A DNA stretch of 64,000 nucleotides from Elusimicrobia bacterium GWF2_62_30 (GCA_001799995.1 MGUK01000085.1:21-64020), one strand, 5' to 3'. Positions 26,776 to 36,391 are shown, numbered from the stretch's first letter. Notes: a model not told the origin generated them from the sequence alone. Translations and numbers: made by a program.

Positions 26776-27808
26776 AACCCGCCGGCCCGCGTTACTTAAA
26801 ACCCTCTGTCGTGAGGCCGTTCTTTATGAAAAAGCCCCTGGCGGCAAGGTCCGCTGCCTTGCCTGCGCGCACCGCTGCCTGGTGGCGCCCGGGGGCAGCG
26901 GGCGCTGCGCCGTACGCTTTAACGACGGGGGAAGCCTTAAAGCACCTTGGGGCTATGTTTCAGGGGCCGCGCCCGATCCTATAGAGAAGAAACCTTTCTT
27001 CCACGTGCTGCCGGGCGCCCGCACCCTTTCTTTCGGGATGTTCGGGTGCAATTTCACCTGCGATTTCTGCCAGAACAGCGCTATCTCCGGCTTCCGGGGG
27101 CAGGCGCTCTCGCCCATCGCGGCGGAGCCGGAGGCCCTGGCGGCAGAAGCCGCGGCCCTCGGGGCGAAAGTCGTGGTTTCCACGTATAACGAGCCGCTGA
27201 TAACCGCCGAATGGGCGGCCGCCGTCTTTGCCGCCGCAAAGGGCCGCGGCCTGCGCACCGCTTTCGTTTCTAACGGCTACGCGACGCCGGAAGCGGCCGC
27301 TTTCCTGCGCCCGGCGCTGGACCTCTGGAAGGTCGACCTCAAAACTTTCTCGCCGGAGAACTACAGGAAGGCCTGCGGAGCGGAGCTGGCGGCCGTCAGG
27401 ACGGGGTTGGAACTGATCGCCGCCGCCGGTTTCTGGCTTGAGGTCGTGACGCTGCTCATCCCGGGCTTCAACGATTCCGGCGAAGAGATCGGCGAGATGG
27501 CCGGCTACCTGGCCGGGCTGTCCCGCGATATCCCCTGGCATCTTACCGCTTTCCACCCAGACTACCTGCGGACCGCGGCACCGCCTACGCCGGCGGCGAC
27601 GCTGCTGCGCGCGAGGGAGATAGCCCTGAAGAAGGGCCTCCGGTATGTCTATTGCGGCAATAGCCCCGGCACCGGCTGCGAAAACACGGTCTGCCCGGCC
27701 TGTTCCCGGACGCTGGTGGAAAGGCGGGGCTTTTCGGTGAAGGCCTCTGTTATAGGAGCCGGGGGGAAATGTCCCTGCGGCGAAAAAATACCGGGGATCT
27801 GGAACTGA
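26768..27808 (+). CDS. AmmeMemoRadiSam-system-type radical SAM enzyme
   Basis: DPIEKKPFFHVLPGARTLSFGMFGCNFTCDFCQN (CxxxCxxC) and an N-terminal Cys cluster CLACAHRC. Overlaps the kinase gene by 8 nt. Confidence 0.8.
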   Translation: MSETRRPALLKTLCREAVLYEKAPGGKVRCLACAHRCLVAPGGSGRCAVRFNDGGSLKAPWGYVSGAAPDPIEKKPFFHVLPGARTLSFGMFGCNFTCDFCQNSAISGFRGQALSPIAAEPEALAAEAAALGAKVVVSTYNEPLITAEWAAAVFAAAKGRGLRTAFVSNGYATPEAAAFLRPALDLWKVDLKTFSPENYRKACGAELAAVRTGLELIAAAGFWLEVVTLLIPGFNDSGEEIGEMAGYLAGLSRDIPWHLTAFHPDYLRTAAPPTPAATLLRAREIALKKGLRYVYCGNSPGTGCENTVCPACSRTLVERRGFSVKASVIGAGGKCPCGEKIPGIWN

Positions 27809-28279
27809 TCAGAGGAAAAAGCGGGAGACCGAAGGCGGCCACGGGTTCTCGCCGGGGTGCCCGGAGAGCGCGGCCGCACCGCCCAGGATACAGGCCAGCA
27901 TTACCGGCAGCCCGGAGAGGGCGTAGAGCCCCAGGCCCGAAGAAGCGGCGAAGCGCCAGAAGAACAAGCCGCAGAACAGCGCCGTGTACAGCAGCGCCCC
28001 GCCGAGCCAGCGCCGCCCCATCCCCGAGAAGGACATTAAGCTGACAAGCAGGTACTGCGCCGCCGCGGAAAGGGCCGACGCCAGCGCGAAAGCGCCGGAA
28101 TCCCGGAGCGCGGGGGGCAGCCGGTAAAGATTCTCGGCGCCGAGGGCGAGGGCGGCCAGGAAGAACAGGGCTTTGACGGCGGCAAGCGAGACCAGCAGGA
28201 TCAGCGTCGTGAACAACATGGACAGGGTGAAGTACCCCGAGAAGGCCAGCACCAGGATCGACTCCTTATTTCTTGTCAT
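27809..28279 (-). CDS. Hypothetical small integral membrane protein
   Basis: 156 aa with 4-5 hydrophobic helices. Overlaps the era stop by 14 nt on the same strand. No homology recognised. Confidence 0.5.
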   Translation of the reverse strand: MTRNKESILVLAFSGYFTLSMLFTTLILLVSLAAVKALFFLAALALGAENLYRLPPALRDSGAFALASALSAAAQYLLVSLMSFSGMGRRWLGGALLYTALFCGLFFWRFAASSGLGLYALSGLPVMLACILGGAAALSGHPGENPWPPSVSRFFL

Positions 28280-29180
28280 AAAAACCGATCTCGCGCAGGA
28301 ACTGCATATTATCCTGCCAGCCGGGCGTGACCTTTACCCGGAGGTGCAGCTCCACGGGCCTGCCGAGAAAAGCGACTATCGCCTTCTGTGATCTCTCACG
28401 GAGCTCCTTTATCGAACGGCCGGCCTTGCCGATGATTATCGGCTTCTGCCCCTCGCGGGAAACATGCACCACCGCGTGCACTTCGTCGGAGCGGCCTTTG
28501 GTCTCGGAGAAGTATTCGATCTCCACCGCCGAGGAATAAGGCACCTCCTGCGAATAGATCTTGAAGATCTGCTCGCGTATTATTTCCGCGGCGTAGAACC
28601 GCTCCCAGCGGTCGGTCAGCTGGTCCTGCGGATAGTAAGCGGGATGCTCCGGCAGCGCTTCCTTTATCGCCAGGCGCAGTTCTTTAACCCCTGTACCGGA
28701 AAGCGCCGAAATATTGAAAACTTTGCTAACCGGGAGCATGGCCGAGTAGAAGTCCGTCGCCTCCTTGACGCGCTCCGGGGACTTTTCCTTGTCCAGCTTG
28801 TTCACGACCAGGTAAAGCGGGCAGCGGATATTCTTCAGCGGCTGGAAAAGCGGTATTTTGCTCTCGGGGGGGAGGCCGGGCTCGACGATAAGGATGCAGA
28901 CGTCTCCCTCTTCGCCGGCGGCCCGCCTTATGGCGTTCTCCATGCTTTTTTCGAACAGGTTGCGGCTGTGCAGGAAACCGGGCGTGTCGACGAAGACCGC
29001 CTGGAAATCGGCGGCGTTGAGGATGCCCAGGATGTTGTTGCGGGTGGTCTGCGGCTTGTCCGAGATTATGGAAAGGCGCGTGCCGCAGAAGGCGTTCATC
29101 AGCGTGGACTTGCCGGCGTTCGGCAGGCCGGTGATGGGCACGAACCCGGCCCGGAATCCTTTAGGTGTTGTATCTGTCAC
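28266..29180 (-). CDS. era: GTPase Era
   Basis: G1 GLPNAGKSTL, G3 DTPG, G4 NKLD and a C-terminal KH domain (IIGKAGRSIKEL). Confidence 0.95.
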   Translation of the reverse strand: MTDTTPKGFRAGFVPITGLPNAGKSTLMNAFCGTRLSIISDKPQTTRNNILGILNAADFQAVFVDTPGFLHSRNLFEKSMENAIRRAAGEEGDVCILIVEPGLPPESKIPLFQPLKNIRCPLYLVVNKLDKEKSPERVKEATDFYSAMLPVSKVFNISALSGTGVKELRLAIKEALPEHPAYYPQDQLTDRWERFYAAEIIREQIFKIYSQEVPYSSAVEIEYFSETKGRSDEVHAVVHVSREGQKPIIIGKAGRSIKELRERSQKAIVAFLGRPVELHLRVKVTPGWQDNMQFLREIGFYDKK

Positions 29181-29233
29181 GTTATACCTTCGGCCCGGGG
29201 AACGACCGCGAAGCCGTTCCCCTGCCGCCGCGG

Positions 29234-29683
29234 TTACTTCAGGCAGATGGGGTTCGCCCAGATCGGAAGCTGGGTGACTTTGTCCTGCTTGCGCACTTTG
29301 ATGTCCCCGGTGAGTTCCTGCATGAAGACCTCGCAGCTGAACACCCGCGTGCCGGCCATAAGGTGGCCGCCCAGCGCTTTGCCTTCGCTGTCGGAGAGGA
29401 GCACGTGCGCGTGCACCATGGGCTTGTCATCGAAAAGGCTGATGTTGCCGCAGAGGGAAAGTATCTCCATCTCTTTTTCTACGTTGTGTTTGATGTACTT
29501 CTTGGCTTTCTGGTCGTAGATGCCGAACGTCGCCCGCTCCACCGCGCCGATGGCGTTGATAAGGCCGCAGCGCACCTGGTGATGGTGACTGAACTGCTGT
29601 ATGGCCTGCAGCAGATCTTCCCCCTTGAAGATGCTGAATAAAAAGGTCCTTCCCGTAAGATAAGGCTTTTCCTGAACTTGCAT
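29234..29683 (-). CDS. PPC (DUF296) domain protein
   Basis: GNISLFDDKPMVHAHVLLSDSEGKALGGHLMAGTRVFSCEVFMQEL matches the PPC/DUF296 core pattern. Confidence 0.7.
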   Translation of the reverse strand: MQVQEKPYLTGRTFLFSIFKGEDLLQAIQQFSHHHQVRCGLINAIGAVERATFGIYDQKAKKYIKHNVEKEMEILSLCGNISLFDDKPMVHAHVLLSDSEGKALGGHLMAGTRVFSCEVFMQELTGDIKVRKQDKVTQLPIWANPICLK

Positions 29684-29703
29684 ATCGTCCCTCCGTTGCT
29701 ATG

Positions 29704-32085
29704 CTATTGCGCGGTTACCGCCGCTTCCGCGTATTCACTGACGGCTCTCCACTGCGCGGCGCCGTCCAACCCCGCTTCTTTAAGTACGTCGTCCGCCCGG
29801 CCCGAGCACAGGTAGCGCCCGTTCCTGAACGGGTGCAGCGTGCGCGCGCGCCCCTCGTCGGAGCGCACCCAGTATTCCATCGTGGCCGGGGTAAAATCGG
29901 TTATGCCCATGGCTTTCATCGCCAGGCTCTCGGGGTAGATCCTGCGCCGTTCCTCGTCGTCTAGCAGCTCGAACAATTCCCTGCTGGCCACATAGAACAC
30001 GTTGAGGTTCAGGCCGGCTTCCTTTATGCGGGGAAGCACTTCCCTCATGAATTCGCCGGCAACCCCGCTGCCCTGCAGCACAATGGTGCCGTGGGACATG
30101 CCGCGTTTAGCTTTGATCAGCGGGTACAGCCCTTTTACGGCTTTAGAGGCCGGCGCCAGCCCGAGCGCGGCGCGGTCCGGAGCCTTTTCAGCGGGCCTGG
30201 GCACGAACGGGGCGATCACGGCGGGACGCTTCGCCAGCGCCGCGGCCAGGAGCGGCCAGATCTCTCCGGGTTCCCAGGGCGTAAGCGTTATCATGGCGCC
30301 CTTCGGGAAATTGCCTTCCAGGAGCTGCAGGGCCTGAGGGTCCGCGTGGGTCGGACCGTCCTCGCCGGTCTTTATGCCCGCGTGCGCGTTGATCATTATG
30401 AACGGGTCGAAAGGCTTGCCGTCGAGCGCCCGGCGCGCCTGCTGGCCGATGGCGTGCAGGCGGGCGGGGAGATGCTCCAGGGGGGCGAGGAAAGCCGCGT
30501 AAGAACAGGAGATACCGATATGGGAGCCGAAAGCGGACAGGCCGGACATGATAGCGCCCATGGCGTCCTCGCAGATCCCGCCGGCCGCGTAAAGGCGGGA
30601 ACGGGGATTGGAGACCGAATTGTAAAAGGAATCCCCGAAACCTTTTCCCACGGCGGCCACGCCGGTGGAGGAGCAAAGGTCCGCGGAGGAGGTCATTATG
30701 GCTCCGCCGGTCAGGCGGTTTATGTGGCCCAAGGCGCCGGCCAGCGTCTCGCGCATGAAAACGTCGCCGGCGGGCACGGGCTCAATAGCGGCCGGGGGGG
30801 AGGCCGGGTCGAGCGAGTACGCTTTTTGCGGGTCCGGCGCGCCTTCCCGGCTTTTCCTGCCGGCCGAGGCCAGGCGCGCCCAGGCCTCGTCGGTCTTCTT
30901 CAGGGCGAAAGCGGCGACCGCCGGGGAATTCTCCACGGCTTTGCGCACGGCCATGAGGGTTTCAAGGAAACATTCTTCGCTCTCGGAGGCGGAAGCCCTG
31001 GCCGGACAGCGCGGAACCTTGACGGCGAACTTCGCCTCTAATTCGGCCAGGGAAGCGTGGTAGCCTTCGGAGCCGAAGGCGTGTCCGGCGCCATGGGAGA
31101 CCCGGCCTTCGATCCCGTATTTCCAGCCTTTCGTCGTCCGGTAGATTATCGCCGAGGGCTGGCGGTTGTCCGTAGAGCTGCGTATAAAACTTTGGGCGGC
31201 CAGTATCTGGAAGAAGTCGTGGCCGTTCGGCACGTAGACTACGTTCCAGTCATGCAGATAGGCGAGTTCGGCGGGGGTCCACTGCACGTACTCCCCCGGC
31301 TTGAGGTTCTCGGGGCAGACATTATCGGAATCTATAGAGGACTGGTTCCAGTCCAGGTGCATTACCAGGTTGGAAAGCTGGGCCGTGGCGGCCGAGGCCA
31401 GCACTTCTGACACGCGCCCGGCGGTGAGCCCGCCTTCGCCTTCCAGGAAATTCACGCGCGGGGCTTCGGGGGCGTACAGGTCCAGCGCCGCCAGCGCCAG
31501 CCCGGCCGCGGAGCCCGCCCCTACGCCCGAAGCTCCCGTGGCTACGGGGACAAAAGGGATAAGGGGGGTCGGGTGGCCGTCGAGGTTCTTTGCGTTGAGC
31601 CGGGTGAACGTTTCCGAAGCGGCAGCGGGGCTGCGGCGGAAACCGAGCAGGTCCTCCAGGCGCAGCCTGTATTTCTCCTGCGGCATATTAGCCGAACCAG
31701 CGGCGCGCAGGAGCTCGTCGCGCAGGGCCCAGAGGGCGTAGAGCCCCAGGGCCTTATGCCCGGCCGCGTAGAGAAGGACGTCGTTCTCTTTTTTCCACGG
31801 GTTGAAGAAGTCGTAATCCAGGGAGGAGAAAAGCAGCGCCTGGGCTATGCGCCCGGAGGAGATGCTGCCGCCGGGATGTCCGGAGACGGGCGCGAAATTA
31901 TAGAGCACCGAGCAGAGCGCCCGGTAAAGGACGTCCAGGTCCTCCAGCGCTTTTATCTCGCTGTCGTCGGCCTTGAACTGCGACGCCATGATGATATCCG
32001 ACACGTCGTAATAGGAGGCGCGCCGGGGGCCCAACGCGAATTTTGAAGGCTTTACGCCGTTGAAGTTTATACCAGCTTCCATCAT
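29704..32085 (-). CDS. Transketolase-family thiamine-diphosphate enzyme, unusually long form (793 aa)
   Basis: SGHPGGSISSGR (TK GHPGG motif), GEGGLTAGRVSE...LDWNQSSID (TPP-binding region) and TGEDGPTH (Pyr domain). Confidence 0.7.
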   Translation of the reverse strand: MMEAGINFNGVKPSKFALGPRRASYYDVSDIIMASQFKADDSEIKALEDLDVLYRALCSVLYNFAPVSGHPGGSISSGRIAQALLFSSLDYDFFNPWKKENDVLLYAAGHKALGLYALWALRDELLRAAGSANMPQEKYRLRLEDLLGFRRSPAAASETFTRLNAKNLDGHPTPLIPFVPVATGASGVGAGSAAGLALAALDLYAPEAPRVNFLEGEGGLTAGRVSEVLASAATAQLSNLVMHLDWNQSSIDSDNVCPENLKPGEYVQWTPAELAYLHDWNVVYVPNGHDFFQILAAQSFIRSSTDNRQPSAIIYRTTKGWKYGIEGRVSHGAGHAFGSEGYHASLAELEAKFAVKVPRCPARASASESEECFLETLMAVRKAVENSPAVAAFALKKTDEAWARLASAGRKSREGAPDPQKAYSLDPASPPAAIEPVPAGDVFMRETLAGALGHINRLTGGAIMTSSADLCSSTGVAAVGKGFGDSFYNSVSNPRSRLYAAGGICEDAMGAIMSGLSAFGSHIGISCSYAAFLAPLEHLPARLHAIGQQARRALDGKPFDPFIMINAHAGIKTGEDGPTHADPQALQLLEGNFPKGAMITLTPWEPGEIWPLLAAALAKRPAVIAPFVPRPAEKAPDRAALGLAPASKAVKGLYPLIKAKRGMSHGTIVLQGSGVAGEFMREVLPRIKEAGLNLNVFYVASRELFELLDDEERRRIYPESLAMKAMGITDFTPATMEYWVRSDEGRARTLHPFRNGRYLCSGRADDVLKEAGLDGAAQWRAVSEYAEAAVTAQ

Positions 32086-32188
32086 GGTGTATCAAAACGC
32101 CGCGCGGGAGGAGGCCCCCGTCAAACCCGGCGTAAAAACGCCTAATGACATATTTTAGCAAATTAGGAGCGCGCCTCCCCGGGCAGTT

Positions 32189-32216
32189 TTGCATCGGCGC
32201 GCGTAAATAATATAAT
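32189..32216 (+). promoter_or_regulatory. Sigma70-type promoter for fba
   Basis: TTGCAT (32189-32194), a 16-nt spacer, then TATAAT (32211-32216). GGAGGA RBS at 32238-32243. Confidence 0.55.
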
Positions 32217-32248
32217 CTTTGGGAGAGACAACGCACACGGAGGACGCC

Positions 32249-33244
32249 ATGACCGCTACCGCAACGCAGCCCGTTTCCTATAAAGAGCTCGGTTTCGTCA
32301 ACACACGCGAAATGTTCAAGAACGCGATGAAGGGCGGCTACGCCGTCCCGGCCTATAATTTCAACAACATGGAACAGCTGCAGGCCATACTGACCGCCTG
32401 CGTGCAGTCCCGCTCCCCCGTAATCCTGCAGCTCTCCAAGGGCGCGCGCGATTACGCCAACGCCACGCTGCTGCGCTGGATGGGCCGCGGCGCGATGGAG
32501 ATGATCAAGGAATTCAAGGAAGGCCCCGTGCCGGTGGCGCTGCACCTCGACCACGGCGACACCTTCGAGCTGTGCAAGAGCTGCATCGACAACGGCTTCT
32601 CCTCCGTCATGATAGACGGCTCCAGCAAGTCTTACGAGGATAACATAACGCTCACCAAGCAGGTGGTGGAATACGCGCACAAATTCGACGTAACGGTAGA
32701 AGGCGAGCTCGGCGTGCTGGCCGGCATCGAGGACGAAGTGGCCCACGAGCATTCCAACTACACCGACCCCGCGCAGGTGGAGGATTTCGTAAAAAAGACC
32801 GGCGTGGACTCGCTGGCCATCTCCATCGGCACCAGCCACGGCGCCTTCAAATTCAAGGTGAAGCCCGGCGAGAGCGCGCCGCCGCTCCGCTTCGACATCC
32901 TGGAGGAATGCGAGAAGCGCATCCCCGGCTTCCCGATAGTGCTGCACGGCGCCTCCTCGGTGCTGACCGAATATATCGACATGATCAACAAGTACGGCGG
33001 CAAGATGGAGAACGCCGTGGGCGTGTCGGCCGACCAGCTGCGCCGCGCCGCCAAGTCGGCCGTCTGCAAGATAAACATCGACTCCGACGGCCGCCTGGTG
33101 ATGACCGCGCTGATCCGCAAGGTCTTCTCCGAGAAGCCCACGGAATTCGACCCGCGCAAATACCTCGGCCCGGCGCGCGACGCCCTGATAAAGATGTACG
33201 CGGACAAGAACGTGAACGTGCTCGGTTCGGCCGGCCGGGTATAA
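32249..33244 (+). CDS. fba: Class II fructose-1,6-bisphosphate aldolase
   Basis: GYAVPAYNFNNMEQLQAIL, LHLDHG and HGASS motifs. I chose the ATG at 32249 (GGAGGA RBS) rather than the TTG at 32219 in the track. Confidence 0.9.
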   Translation: MTATATQPVSYKELGFVNTREMFKNAMKGGYAVPAYNFNNMEQLQAILTACVQSRSPVILQLSKGARDYANATLLRWMGRGAMEMIKEFKEGPVPVALHLDHGDTFELCKSCIDNGFSSVMIDGSSKSYEDNITLTKQVVEYAHKFDVTVEGELGVLAGIEDEVAHEHSNYTDPAQVEDFVKKTGVDSLAISIGTSHGAFKFKVKPGESAPPLRFDILEECEKRIPGFPIVLHGASSVLTEYIDMINKYGGKMENAVGVSADQLRRAAKSAVCKINIDSDGRLVMTALIRKVFSEKPTEFDPRKYLGPARDALIKMYADKNVNVLGSAGRV

Positions 33245-33269
33245 GAGCTGCCGGTCCCGGCGGCGGAGA

Positions 33270-33309
33270 AGAGGTCAGAGGTCCGGGGAACTCCCAGCCT
33301 CTGACCTCT
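33270..33309 (+). terminator. Strong hairpin after fba (terminator or attenuator, weak T-run)
   Basis: Perfect 12-bp stem agaggtcagagg / cctctgacctct with a 16-nt loop that can pair further. Only tgaattt follows it. Confidence 0.4.
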
Positions 33310-33315
33310 GAATTT

Positions 33316-34575
33316 ATGGCGGAAAAAGAATACGATGTCCTGGTAGTCGGCGCCGGCGCTTCCGGCCTGGCCGCGGCCATAGCCGCGGCGGAGGGCGGGG
33401 CGTCCGTGCTGGCGCTGGACAAGAACCACGTGCCGGGCCGCAAGCTGCTCTCCACGGGCTCGGGCAAATGCAATTTTTCCAACCTGGCCGTTACCCCGGT
33501 GAGGTATCACGGCGCCGCGCCCGGGTTCCTGGAAAAGGCCTTCGCCGCGCTCCCGCCCCGCGAGGTCCATGCTTTCTTCGACGGGCTGGGGCTGCTGCGC
33601 GCCGAAAAGGAGAACGGCCGTCTTTTTCCCAGGTCAATGAAGGCGCAGGACGTGGTTAATTCCCTGCTTAACAGGCTCGAGGCCCTGAAGGTCCCCGTTG
33701 CCCCGCTTACCGAAGTCACCGCCATAAAGCGGGCTAAGGGCCTTTTCAGCGTCGAGGCGGTTACAGTCGCGCCTAAATGGGACAAGAAAGCGCAGGCCGG
33801 CGGTAGAAAGACCTATACGGCCGGACGCGTGATACTTGCCGCCGGCGGCGCGGCCTACCCGCAGATAGGCGGGGGGGACAAGGGGTACGTTCTTCTCAAG
33901 AGCCTCGGGCATTCCGTCTCCGCGCCTTGCCCGGCCATAGCGCCTCTCAAGGTCAGGGAAACCCTGGTGCGCGGGCTGGACGGGGTCCGGCTGGACGCGG
34001 GGCTCTGTCTGAGGGTCGGAGAAAAGAAAGTCTCGGAGGCGTGCGGCGAGATACTTTTCACCGCCTACGGCGTTTCCGGGCCGGCGGCCCTGGACCTGAG
34101 CCGCGATGCCCTTTCCGCGTTAAGCCGCGGGCCGGTTGTTCTTGAAGCCGATTTTTTCCCGGACTACACCGCGGCGCGGCTCAAGGCCCTCCTTTCCTCC
34201 CGCGCGGCGCTTTTTTCCGGGAGACCTTTCCGTCATTTCGCCTGCGGCCTGCTCAACGAGAAAGTAGTCCGCGCCGCCGCGGAGCGCTGCGGCATCGGCT
34301 GGGAGCTGCCCGCCGGGCCCGGCATTGAAAAGCTCGCCGCCGTCCTCAAGTCTTTTACCCTCGAAGTCACGGGCTCCCTGGGGTTCGAGGACGCCATGGT
34401 CTCTTCCGGCGGCTGCTCCTGCGCGGAGATCGACCCCGCCACTTTCGGCTCGAAACTTGTGGCAGGCCTGTACGTAACGGGGGAACTCCTGGATATCGAC
34501 GGGGATTCCGGCGGTTTCAACCTGCACCTGGCCTGGACGTCGGGACTTCTGGCGGGGCGGCACGCGGCAAAATAA
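33316..34575 (+). CDS. NAD(P)/FAD-dependent oxidoreductase, HI0933/BaiN-like family
   Basis: Starts MAEKEYDVLVVGAGASGLAAAI (GxGxxG) with the GKCNFSN motif. The ATG at 33316 is chosen because the upstream 136 codons of the track ORF overlap fba in another frame. Confidence 0.8.
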   Translation: MAEKEYDVLVVGAGASGLAAAIAAAEGGASVLALDKNHVPGRKLLSTGSGKCNFSNLAVTPVRYHGAAPGFLEKAFAALPPREVHAFFDGLGLLRAEKENGRLFPRSMKAQDVVNSLLNRLEALKVPVAPLTEVTAIKRAKGLFSVEAVTVAPKWDKKAQAGGRKTYTAGRVILAAGGAAYPQIGGGDKGYVLLKSLGHSVSAPCPAIAPLKVRETLVRGLDGVRLDAGLCLRVGEKKVSEACGEILFTAYGVSGPAALDLSRDALSALSRGPVVLEADFFPDYTAARLKALLSSRAALFSGRPFRHFACGLLNEKVVRAAAERCGIGWELPAGPGIEKLAAVLKSFTLEVTGSLGFEDAMVSSGGCSCAEIDPATFGSKLVAGLYVTGELLDIDGDSGGFNLHLAWTSGLLAGRHAAK

Positions 34576-34585
34576 ACCGGCCCCC

Positions 34586-34628
34586 AAAAAAGAAAAGGCC
34601 GCGCTGCTTGCGCGGCCTTTTCTTTTTA
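34586..34628. terminator. Bidirectional rho-independent terminator
   Basis: Perfect 13-bp stem gaaaaggccgcgc / gcgcggccttttc with a 5-nt loop. An A6 tract lies upstream and T5 downstream. Confidence 0.8.
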
Positions 34629-34640
34629 TCTAACCGCGCC

Positions 34641-35660
34641 CTAACTGAACAGGCCGTTGGAAAGCAGGTAAACCAGGGCCGAGATAGCGGCGGAGCCGGG
34701 GATGGTAAGCACCCAGGCCCAGATTATCTGCCCGGCCACGCCCCAGCGCACCGCGCTGAAACGCTTCATGGTGCCGACGCCCATGATCGCGCCGGTTATG
34801 GTATGGGTGGTGCTCACCGGAATACCAAGGCCGGAAGCCAGGTACAGCGTAGCCGCCGCTCCGGATTCCGCGCAGAAGCCGTCCACCGGCTTGAGCTTGG
34901 AGATCTTGTGCCCCAGCGTCTTGACTATGCGCCACCCGCCGAACATCGTGCCGAGCCCCATCGCCGCGTAACAGAGGGCCGCAACCCACTTAGGGATGTC
35001 GAATTCGGTGCCGGAAGTGCCGCCGCTAAGGTAGCCGGCGCTGACCAGCAAGCCGGCTATTATGCCCATGGTTTTCTGGGCGTCGTTGCCGCCGTGCCCC
35101 AGGCTGTAAGCCGCCGCGGAGAGAAGCTGCCCCTTCCTGAAAAGGTGGTCTACCTTGCTGGGGATGGAACGCGAAAAAAGGCGGTATACGATAACTCCCG
35201 AAATAAGGCCCAGCAGCATGCCCATCAGCGGGGAGATGACTATGAACGCCACTACTTTGATTATCCCGGACATCACCAGCACCTTGGTGGAGCCGGCCTT
35301 GACCACGGCCGCGCCGGCCAGGGCGCCTATCAGCGCGTGGGAGGAGCTGGACGGCAGGCCGAAGTACCAGGTAAGGACGTTCCAGGAACAGGCCCCGACG
35401 AGCGTGCCGAAGATGACGTGGCTGTCTATCACGGAAATGTCCACTATGCCCTTTCCTATCGTCTTGGCCACGGAGTGGTCGAAGATAAAAAAGGCGACGA
35501 CGTTGAAGAAAGCAGCCCAGATGACCGCCTGCCGGGGAGAAAGCACCCGGGTGGACACTATGGTGGCTATCGAATTGGCGGCGTCGTGGAAACCGTTCAG
35601 GAAGTCGAAGACCAGCGCGAGAGCTATCAGGCCTATTACGACCAGCAGGTGGTTATCCAT
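34641..35660 (-). CDS. Inorganic phosphate transporter, PiT family
   Basis: NGFHDAANSIAT and a second GGNDAQKTMG motif. About 10 TM segments. Confidence 0.9.
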   Translation of the reverse strand: MDNHLLVVIGLIALALVFDFLNGFHDAANSIATIVSTRVLSPRQAVIWAAFFNVVAFFIFDHSVAKTIGKGIVDISVIDSHVIFGTLVGACSWNVLTWYFGLPSSSSHALIGALAGAAVVKAGSTKVLVMSGIIKVVAFIVISPLMGMLLGLISGVIVYRLFSRSIPSKVDHLFRKGQLLSAAAYSLGHGGNDAQKTMGIIAGLLVSAGYLSGGTSGTEFDIPKWVAALCYAAMGLGTMFGGWRIVKTLGHKISKLKPVDGFCAESGAAATLYLASGLGIPVSTTHTITGAIMGVGTMKRFSAVRWGVAGQIIWAWVLTIPGSAAISALVYLLSNGLFS

Positions 35661-36279
35661 GCTTCACCAGTATGGCCTCGATGACCTTGGCCACGTGCTC
35701 GCAGGTGTCGAGGGTGCCTTCCGCCACTTCATAGATCTCTTTCCACTTTATGACCATGATGGGGTCCTTCTCGGTCTCGAAAAGGTGGCTGATGGCTCTT
35801 TCGCGGATCTGGTCCCCCAGGTTCTCCAGGCGGTTGACCTCTATGCAGTGATCCAGCACCCGGCGCGCGCGCTTGGTGTCGTGCAGATGCTTGACGGCGT
35901 TGGACAGGGCCAGCGCCGACTGGTCTATCGTATCGGCGAACTGGATCATGTTCTCCTCGTTGGCGTTCAGCTTGTAGAGCCTGATGCGGTTGGCCATCGA
36001 GTTGATCATGTCCAGGATGTCGTCGAGCGTGTTGGCGAGGGCGTAGATGTCCTCCCGGTCGATAGGGGTGATGAAGGTGCGGTTGAGCATATCCACTATC
36101 TCGTGGGCGAGAGTGTCGCCTTCATGCTCGAAGTCCTTTATTTTCTTTACCGTTTCCTCGTCGAAAGCGCCTTTTTTTACCGAGTGCTTGAAGCAGTCAG
36201 CCGCCTTTACGATATTTTCCGCCTGCAGGTTGAGGTAGTCGAAGAATTTTACTTCTTTAGGGAGGAAATTTATGGACAT
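35653..36279 (-). CDS. DUF47 / PhoU-like phosphate transport regulator partner of PiT
   Basis: MSINFLPKEVKFFDYL start at ATG 36279, with GGAG 7 nt upstream. The helical-bundle pattern is typical of the TIGR00153-type family. Overlaps PiT by 8 nt. Confidence 0.8.
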   Translation of the reverse strand: MSINFLPKEVKFFDYLNLQAENIVKAADCFKHSVKKGAFDEETVKKIKDFEHEGDTLAHEIVDMLNRTFITPIDREDIYALANTLDDILDMINSMANRIRLYKLNANEENMIQFADTIDQSALALSNAVKHLHDTKRARRVLDHCIEVNRLENLGDQIRERAISHLFETEKDPIMVIKWKEIYEVAEGTLDTCEHVAKVIEAILVKHG

Positions 36280-36325
36280 TTGGTTTCTCCTGGCAGGCGG
36301 CCGCGGTAGCGCGGGGCGCGCTGTC

Positions 36326-36353
36326 TTGAACATTCTGCTCTTTTAATTATATC
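36326..36353 (+). promoter_or_regulatory. Candidate promoter for pepT
   Basis: TTGAAC (36326-36331), a 16-nt spacer, then TATATC (36348-36353). GGAGGA RBS at 36381-36386. Confidence 0.35.
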
Positions 36354-36391
36354 CTTTTGTGACCAGGCAGGCAATTTTACGGAGGAACCCC

